From an uncultured Anaerolineales bacterium (GTDB taxonomy: Bacteria > Chloroflexota > Anaerolineae > Epilineales > Epilineaceae): a stretch of 32,997 nucleotides of DNA. Of the stretch, positions 28,130 through 32,997 are shown piece by piece. Position numbers and translations under genes: made by a program. The notes under the pieces were generated by a model that worked only from the letters and a program-made list of their open reading frames with translations, searched no databases and had not been told where the DNA came from. The stretch is from assembly GCA_964498575.1 (NCBI GenBank), contig CAZCJG010000001.1, forward strand, positions 1-32,997, written 5' to 3'. Every line of letters starts with the position of its first letter. Position 1 is the first letter of the stretch.

Positions 28130-29322
28130 GCCATGGCCTCGACGAAGCCCGCGATCCGCCGCAGGCCCTCGCGGATGACCTCGCGCGAGGTGGCGTACGA
28201 CAGCCGGATGTGCCGGTCGTCGCCGAAGGCCACCCCGGGCACGGTGGCGACCTGGACCTCGTCGAGCAGCACGTTGGACAGCTCCATCGATCCCTCGATC
28301 CGCGTCCCCCCCGGCGAGCGGCGGCCGTATAGGCTGTCGACTTTGGGGAAGACGTAGAACGCACCCTGCGGCTCGGCGCAGATCCAGCCCGGCAAGGCGC
28401 GGATGCCGTCGAACATCAACCGGCGGCGGGCGTCGAAGCGCTCGCGCCGCTCGGCGACGATCGCCTGGTCGCCAGTCAGCGCGGCCAGCGCGGCGACCTG
28501 GGACAGGGTGTTGGCGTTGGAGGTCTCGTGGTCCTGCACGCGGTTCATCACGCGGACCAGGTCGGCCGGGGCGATGACGTAGCCGATGCGCCAGCCGGTC
28601 ATCGAATAGGTCTTGGAAAAGCTCTGCGACATGACCGTGCGGGCGCGCACCTCGGGGCCGAGCATCATCGGGCTGAGGTAAGGCTCGCCGCTGTAGCACA
28701 GCTCGGCGTAGATCTCATCGGAGAGGATCCACAGGCCATGCTCGAGGGCCAGCTCGACCAGGGCATGGATGTTGGCGTGCGGCAGGCGCGCGCCGGTGGG
28801 GTTGGCGGGCGAGTTCAGGATGATCGCCCGCGTCCGGCCGGTCAGCCGTGACCGGACCGCGTCGAGGTCCACGCTGAAGCCGTCCTCCACGCGGGTCGGG
28901 ACGCACACCGGGCAGCCGCCGGCGAGCTTGACCATCTCCGGGTAGGATACCCAGTAGGGACTGGCGATCAGCACCTCGTCGCCCTCGTCGAGCAGGGCCT
29001 GGAAGGTGAGGTACAGCGCGTGCTTGCCGCCGCAGGAGATCAGCGTCTCGTCGCGCGCGGTGGGTGCGCCGTACAGGGCCGCCGAGCGCGCCGCGACCGC
29101 GTCGCGCAGCTCCGGCATGCCGGCGGTGGCGGTGTACTTGATCTGGCCCGCCGCCAGGTAGGCCGCGGCCGCCTGCACCACCGCCGGCGGGGTCGGGAAG
29201 TCCGGCTCGCCGGCGGTCAGGTTGACCACGTCGATGCCCGCCTGCCGCATCGCCTTGGCGCGCGCGCTCATCGCCAAGGTCGCCGAATCGCCCACCGCTT
29301 GCACCCGGCGCGCAAAGGTCAT
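28126..29322 (-). CDS. Class I pyridoxal-phosphate-dependent aminotransferase (aspartate aminotransferase-like)
   Basis: The ORF 28126..29364 is trimmed to ATG 29322 (GGGGAGAG SD; MTFARRVQAVGDSATLAMSARAKAMRQAGIDVVNLTAGEPDFPTP). Motifs: NSPANPTG and SFSKTYSMTGWRIGY (PLP lysine). Confidence 0.9.
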   Translation of the reverse strand: MTFARRVQAVGDSATLAMSARAKAMRQAGIDVVNLTAGEPDFPTPPAVVQAAAAYLAAGQIKYTATAGMPELRDAVAARSAALYGAPTARDETLISCGGKHALYLTFQALLDEGDEVLIASPYWVSYPEMVKLAGGCPVCVPTRVEDGFSVDLDAVRSRLTGRTRAIILNSPANPTGARLPHANIHALVELALEHGLWILSDEIYAELCYSGEPYLSPMMLGPEVRARTVMSQSFSKTYSMTGWRIGYVIAPADLVRVMNRVQDHETSNANTLSQVAALAALTGDQAIVAERRERFDARRRLMFDGIRALPGWICAEPQGAFYVFPKVDSLYGRRSPGGTRIEGSMELSNVLLDEVQVATVPGVAFGDDRHIRLSYATSREVIREGLRRIAGFVEAMA

Positions 29323-29372
29323 GGTTCTCTCCCCACTGTTCTGGATCGATCTTCGAGCCGACACCTGCCAGG

Positions 29373-29401
29373 ATTATACCGAAGCGCCCTGAATTTGACA
29401 T
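29373..29401 (-). promoter_or_regulatory. Sigma-70-type promoter candidate for the aminotransferase operon (ATGTCA-17-TATAAT)
   Basis: The minus strand reads gATGTCAaattcagggcgcttcggTATAATcctggc. A perfect -10 lies at 29373-29378, about 50 nt upstream of ATG 29322. Confidence 0.45.
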
Positions 29402-29430
29402 CGGCGGTCGCGATCGCGAGCATTGATCGG

Positions 29431-30324
29431 ATGGACGATCCACCCGAACACGTCACCGCGCCTGGCCATGTCACCGCACCGGATCAGGTCCACTCGCCTG
29501 ACCATGTCACCGCGCCCGACCACGCCCCCCCGCCCGACCACCTCGTCCCGCCCGCCGCGCCGTTCGAGGGGCGCTTCCTCAAGGGGCCCCGGCCGCGCGT
29601 CCCCGAGCTTATCGAGGTGGCGCGCATCGCCTGGGAGTTCATCCGGGGCTTCCGGACGCTGCACTTCGTCGGCCCTTGCGTCACCGTGTTCGGCTCCGCG
29701 CGCTTCCCGGAGGATCACCGCTACTACGGCCTCGCGCGTTCCCTCGGCGCCTGCCTGGCCCAGGCGGGCTTCACCGTGATGACCGGCGGCGGGCCGGGCA
29801 TCATGGAGGCCGCCAACCGCGGCGCCAAGGACGCCGGCGGGATGTCGATCGGCTCGAACATCGTGCTGCCCCAGGAACAGCACGTCAACCCTTATGTCGA
29901 CACCTGGCTGAACTTCAAGTACCTGTTCGTGCGCAAGGTGATGCTGGTCAAGTACTCCTACGGCTTCGTCGTCATGCCGGGCGGCTTCGGCACGCTGGAC
30001 GAGATCTTCGAGACCGCGACCCTGATCCAGACCGGGATCATCGAGAACTTCCCGGTGGTGATCATGGGCCGCGAGTTCTGGCAGCCGCTCCTGGACTACC
30101 TGCGCGACACGATGTCGCACCAGGGGACGATCTCACCGGGCGACCTGGACCGCTTCCTGATCACCGACTCACCCGAGGAGGCGGTGCGGCACATCCTGGC
30201 CGCCGTGCCGCGCTTCGGCCTGAAGTGGGAGCCGGCGGCGCGACCGATCCCGATCCTCGGCGAGAAGACGCCGTTCCCGGAGGACAGCGTCCGGTTGGGG
30301 TTGCCGGAGGGCGGGGAGGAGTAG
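29431..30324 (+). CDS. LOG-family (TIGR00730 Rossmann fold) nucleotide 5'-monophosphate nucleosidase-type protein
   Basis: The ORF 29020..30324 is trimmed to ATG 29431; the upstream part is antisense to the aminotransferase gene. Motifs: VTVFGSARF, TGGGPGIMEAANRGA, PGGFGTLDEIFE. The N-terminal extension is built of HVTAPD-like hexapeptides. Confidence 0.88.
   Translation: MDDPPEHVTAPGHVTAPDQVHSPDHVTAPDHAPPPDHLVPPAAPFEGRFLKGPRPRVPELIEVARIAWEFIRGFRTLHFVGPCVTVFGSARFPEDHRYYGLARSLGACLAQAGFTVMTGGGPGIMEAANRGAKDAGGMSIGSNIVLPQEQHVNPYVDTWLNFKYLFVRKVMLVKYSYGFVVMPGGFGTLDEIFETATLIQTGIIENFPVVIMGREFWQPLLDYLRDTMSHQGTISPGDLDRFLITDSPEEAVRHILAAVPRFGLKWEPAARPIPILGEKTPFPEDSVRLGLPEGGEE
29449..29556 (+). repeat. 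Six degenerate in-frame 18-bp tandem repeats encoding H-V-T-A-P-D-like hexapeptides at the LOG N-terminus
   Basis: The units are cacgtcaccgcgcctggc, catgtcaccgcaccggat, caggtccactcgcctgac, catgtcaccgcgcccgac, cacgcccccccgcccgac and cacctcgtcccgcccgcc. They encode HVTAPG, HVTAPD, QVHSPD, HVTAPD, HAPPPD and HLVPPA. Confidence 0.85.
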
Positions 30325-30414
30325 GGCCCTTGCGCACATCGGCCCCCTCCCCTGCCCCTCCCCCAGACGGCATGGGAGAGGGGATTCACGCGCAGGTTGG
30401 AGGAGGACCATGCC

Positions 30415-30951
30415 ATGACTGTAGACCTCGAGCCGTTAGAGACTGGGAGTCACGCGGATCACCACACCTTGGCCGCTTCGGGTGATCCCGTGCCGATCGC
30501 CGTCGTCACGGTCAGCGACAGCCGGACGGCGGAGACCGATGTCAACGGGCGGTTCCTGCGGGAGGCGATTGCGGCGGCGGGTCATCGCCTGGTCGACTAC
30601 CGGCTGATCCCGGACGAGCCGGACCGGGTGACCGCGGTGCTCGACGAGCTCGCCGGGGGCGAGGCGCGGGTGATCCTGTTCAACGGCGGCACCGGCATCT
30701 CGCGGCGCGACACGACGTATGACGCGCTCTCGGCAAAGCTGGAGAAGACCCTGCCGGGCTTCGGCGAGCTGTTCCGGATGCTAAGCTGGGAGCAGGTCGG
30801 CGCTGCGGCGATGCTGTCGCGGGCGACGGCGGGGGTCTACCGCGGCGTGGTCATCTTCTCGACGCCCGGCTCGCCCAAGGCGGTCCGGCTCGCCTGGGAG
30901 CAGCTGATCGCGCCGGAGCTGGCGCATGTGGCGTGGGAGCTGGGTCGGTGA
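30415..30951 (+). CDS. moaB: MoaB/MogA-family molybdenum cofactor biosynthesis protein
   Basis: The track ORF (TTG 30397) is trimmed to ATG 30415, with GGAGGAGGA 7 nt upstream. Motifs: [54 protein letters not shown]. Confidence 0.88.
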   Translation: MTVDLEPLETGSHADHHTLAASGDPVPIAVVTVSDSRTAETDVNGRFLREAIAAAGHRLVDYRLIPDEPDRVTAVLDELAGGEARVILFNGGTGISRRDTTYDALSAKLEKTLPGFGELFRMLSWEQVGAAAMLSRATAGVYRGVVIFSTPGSPKAVRLAWEQLIAPELAHVAWELGR

Positions 30952-30970
30952 GGCGGGTTTTTCGGGGCGA

Positions 30971-31525
30971 TCAACCTGCGTCTACCGCGTAGGGCACGCG
31001 CACGAGCTCGCCGTCTTCGTCTTCTTCCAGGAAGTACAGCTTGTCCACGCCGGTCACGCGGTCGACGAAGAGCACGCCGTTGAGGTGGTCGATCTCGTGC
31101 TGGAAGACGCGCGCCTCGAAGTCGGTGAGGGTCAGCTCGATCGGCTGGCTGTAGCGGTCCAGCGCGCGCAGGCGGATCGAGACGTGGCGCGGCACGTCGC
31201 CGAACAGGTCGGGGATCGACAGGCAGGCCTCGCGGCCCTCCTCGAGCTCGGCGGACACCCACAGGACCTCGGGATCGGCCAAGGCATGCACGCGGGTCTC
31301 GCCGTCGGGATCGTCGAGGTCCAGCGGGATCTCCGCGACGAAGACCTGGATGTCCAGCCCGATCTGCGGCGCGGCCAGCCCCACGCCCGAGGCCTGGCGC
31401 ATCGTCTCGATCATGTCGTCCATCAGGCGCCGGGTCTGCCGGTCCACCCGGCGGATCGGCCGGGCGGATTTGCGCAGCACGGGGTTGTCGTCTTCGACCG
31501 TCACGATGCGCCGTAGTTGAGCCAA
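30971..31525 (-). CDS. def: Peptide deformylase
   Basis: The track ORF 30971..31759 is trimmed to TTG 31525 (GGAGGAA 8 nt upstream; MAQLRRIVTVEDDNPVLRKSARPI). The three Def motifs are present: GVGLAAPQIG, EACLSIP (EGCLS variant) and QHEIDHLNG. Confidence 0.9.
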   Translation of the reverse strand: MAQLRRIVTVEDDNPVLRKSARPIRRVDRQTRRLMDDMIETMRQASGVGLAAPQIGLDIQVFVAEIPLDLDDPDGETRVHALADPEVLWVSAELEEGREACLSIPDLFGDVPRHVSIRLRALDRYSQPIELTLTDFEARVFQHEIDHLNGVLFVDRVTGVDKLYFLEEDEDGELVRVPYAVDAG

Positions 31526-31547
31526 GTTTCGCGTTCCTCCGGCGGTA

Positions 31548-31576
31548 ATTATAGGAAGCGCCCGGGTAGGGGGCAA
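31548..31576 (-). promoter_or_regulatory. Sigma-70-type promoter for def (TTGCCC-17-TATAAT)
   Basis: The minus strand reads ggaTTGCCCcctacccgggcgcttccTATAATtaccgccGGAGGAAcgcgaaacTTG. The -35 is at 31571-31576 and the -10 at 31548-31553. Confidence 0.55.
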
Positions 31577-31675
31577 TCCGGCAAGGAGAGTGGCGGGGCA
31601 CTCGCTGCCTGCCGCGGCACCGGGAGAACCGCTCTCTGACGGTCGCGGCTCGGACATCGGAGGGCGCCCGGCGCC

Positions 31676-31704
31676 TTGGCAGGTTCCGCGTCGCGCGTTA
31701 TGAT
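31676..31704 (+). promoter_or_regulatory. Sigma-70-type promoter for the MshA-like GT4 gene (TTGGCA-17-TATGAT), positioned for a leaderless or very short-leader mRNA
   Basis: TTGGCA at 31676-31681, ggttccgcgtcgcgcgt (17 nt), TATGAT at 31699-31704, then 9 nt to ATG 31714. It is back-to-back with the def promoter. Confidence 0.5.
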
Positions 31705-31713
31705 TCTCGGCAC

Positions 31714-32997
31714 ATGGAGGGGGGCATGGCGGGTCAGCCGATCGATCCGGGCGCGGCACGTCCGCGCCGCATCTGCATGCTCGCCGTACACACTTGCCCG
31801 CTGGCGGCGCCGGGCGGCAAGGAGACCGGCGGGATGAACGTCTACGTGCGCGAGCTGATGCGCCAGCTCGGCCGGCGCGGCTACCTCGTGGACTGCTTCA
31901 CCCGCTCGCAGTCCAGCCTGATCCCCCACATCCCCGACACCGACCTCGGCCCGAACGTCCGCGTGATCCACGTCACCGCCGGCCGCGAGTCGCCCCTGCC
32001 CAAGGCCGAGGCCTGGCGCGCCGCGCCGGACTTCGTCGCCGGCGTCAACGCCTTCATCGCCTCCCAGGGCATCCGCTACGACCTCTACCACAGCCACTAC
32101 TGGATGAGCGGCTGGGTGGCGCGCGAGCTGGCGCGCCGCCGGCCTGCGCCGATCATCCACATGTTCCACACCCTGGGCGCGATGAAGGACCGGGCCCAAG
32201 GCGACGGCGCGGCGCCGGAGATCGCCCCGCGCCGCACGATCGAAGCCGAGATCATGCGCTTCGCCGACGCCCTCGTCGCCGCCACGCCGATCGACCGCCA
32301 GCACATGGTCGAGCTCTACGGCGCCGATCCCGCCCGTATCGAGGTGATCCCGCCCGGCGTGGACCTGGACCTCTTCCACCCGATCCCGATGGCCGACGCT
32401 CTGGCCCGCCTGGGCGAGCGCCCCGGCCACCGCATGATCCTCTTCGTCGGCCGGCCGGACCCGGTCAAGGGCCTGGACATGCTGGTCCACGCCATCGCCC
32501 AGATCCTCGCCGCCGAGCCGCACCTGCGCGAGAACAGTTGCCTGTGCATCGTCGGCGGCGACAAGACCGACGACCCGGCCCAGATGACGGCCGAGATGGC
32601 GCGCATCGACCGCTTGCGGCGCGACTTCGGCATCGCGGACTTCGTCACCTTCCTCGGCCCGCAGTCCCAGGACATCCTGCCCTATTACTACAGCGCCGCC
32701 CAGGTCGTCGTCGTCCCCTCGCGCTACGAGAGCTTCGGAATGGTCGCGCTCGAAGCGATGGCCTGCGGCGCGCCGGTCATCGCGACGCGGGTCGGCGGCC
32801 TCTCCACCCTCGTCCGCCACGGCCGCACCGGCTACCTCGTCCCCGAGGGCGACCCCGACGCGATGGCCGCCGCCCTGCGCCCGCTCTTCGACAACCCCGC
32901 CCTGCGCCGGGAGCTCGGCGAGCACGGCGTCGCCACCGCGGAGGGCTACAGTTGGGCGTCGATCGCGGGGCGGATCGAGCGGCTGTACGAGCGGGTG
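31714..32997 (+). CDS. GT4-family glycosyltransferase, MshA-like (D-inositol-3-phosphate glycosyltransferase-like); 3' end runs off the window
   Basis: Absent from the ORF track because the frame is open to the window edge. It reads MEGGMAGQPIDPGAARPRRICMLAVHTCPLAAPGGKETGGMNVYVRELMRQLGRRGYLVDCFTR..YDLYHSHYWMSGWVA..HMFHTLG..ILFVGRPDPVKGLD..VVVVPSRYESFGMVALEAMACGAPVIATRVGGLSTLVRHGRTGYLVPEGDP. The motif HT-x-P-L-x-x-PG-x-x-x-x-GGMNVYV is characteristic of the MshA-like subfamily. The start is ATG 31714 or 31726. Confidence 0.88.
   Translation, partial: MEGGMAGQPIDPGAARPRRICMLAVHTCPLAAPGGKETGGMNVYVRELMRQLGRRGYLVDCFTRSQSSLIPHIPDTDLGPNVRVIHVTAGRESPLPKAEAWRAAPDFVAGVNAFIASQGIRYDLYHSHYWMSGWVARELARRRPAPIIHMFHTLGAMKDRAQGDGAAPEIAPRRTIEAEIMRFADALVAATPIDRQHMVELYGADPARIEVIPPGVDLDLFHPIPMADALARLGERPGHRMILFVGRPDPVKGLDMLVHAIAQILAAEPHLRENSCLCIVGGDKTDDPAQMTAEMARIDRLRRDFGIADFVTFLGPQSQDILPYYYSAAQVVVVPSRYESFGMVALEAMACGAPVIATRVGGLSTLVRHGRTGYLVPEGDPDAMAAALRPLFDNPALRRELGEHGVATAEGYSWASIAGRIERLYERV

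Noticed and set aside
28130-28699. N-terminal 190 aa of track ORF 27221..28699 (would make a 492-aa cyanophycinase)
   Set aside because: This part overlaps the 3' half of the aminotransferase gene in another frame and is Arg/Pro-rich. Cyanophycinase homology begins shortly after ATG 28129, which forms an ATGA overlap with the aminotransferase stop.
29020-29430. N-terminal 137 aa of track ORF 29020..30324
   Set aside because: It is antisense to the aminotransferase gene and crosses the divergent promoter region. The LOG-family core is fully contained after ATG 29431.
31549-32925. ORF 31549..32925 (-, 458 aa)
   Set aside because: It is antisense to the MshA-like GT4 frame, which is open to the window edge and carries clear GT4 motifs. 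The minus-frame product has no recognisable domain.

Overview
This is a high-GC (about 70% by eye) bacterial chromosomal segment. I call 27 protein-coding genes and recognised no rRNA, tRNA, CRISPR array, transposase or integrase. Gene content, SD-poor or leaderless-type promoters and Pro/Thr-rich linkers suggest a Chloroflexota- or Actinomycetota-like organism; that placement is inference only.

Gene layout, left to right:
- **PHA cluster (minus strand):** phasin-like gene, a Trp-rich helical protein, phaE, then phaC cut by the window edge. This is a class III polyhydroxyalkanoate synthase cluster.
- **Envelope module:** an ECF sigma factor and a zf-HC2 anti-sigma factor sit between two giant surface proteins. 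One is an NHL beta-propeller with two vWA domains. The other is a membrane-anchored, Cys-rich, multi-module protein with a dockerin-like C-terminus. All three transcription units carry the same GGAAYC-N17-GTCK promoter-like motif.
- **Regulator and small genes:** a SARP/BTAD regulator co-transcribed with an unknown protein, then DoxX.
- **Surface-protein genes:** a lipobox-bearing class F sortase and an orphan CpaB/SAF protein.
- **Envelope-glycan-type cluster:** nucleotidyltransferase, alkaline-phosphatase-family protein, GT4, SAM methyltransferase and a second GT4. It is interrupted by an oppositely oriented beta-helix protein of the choice-of-anchor-Q type.
- **Tight minus-strand operon:** aminotransferase, cyanophycinase, an orphan VapB-like RHH protein and a PD40 lipoprotein.
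- **Housekeeping genes:** LOG-family protein, MoaB, peptide deformylase and a partial MshA-like GT4.

Most long ORFs in the six-frame track are Arg/Pro/Gly-rich shadow frames of these genes and were rejected.

The most interesting signals are:
- the putative ECF regulon;
- a recurring [F/Y]-L-P motif after Pro/Thr-rich linkers at or near the C-termini of three surface proteins;
- the uncharacterised duplicated Cys module;
- several phased direct repeats in 5' regions.

All functional calls come from reading the translations by eye. No database search was run.
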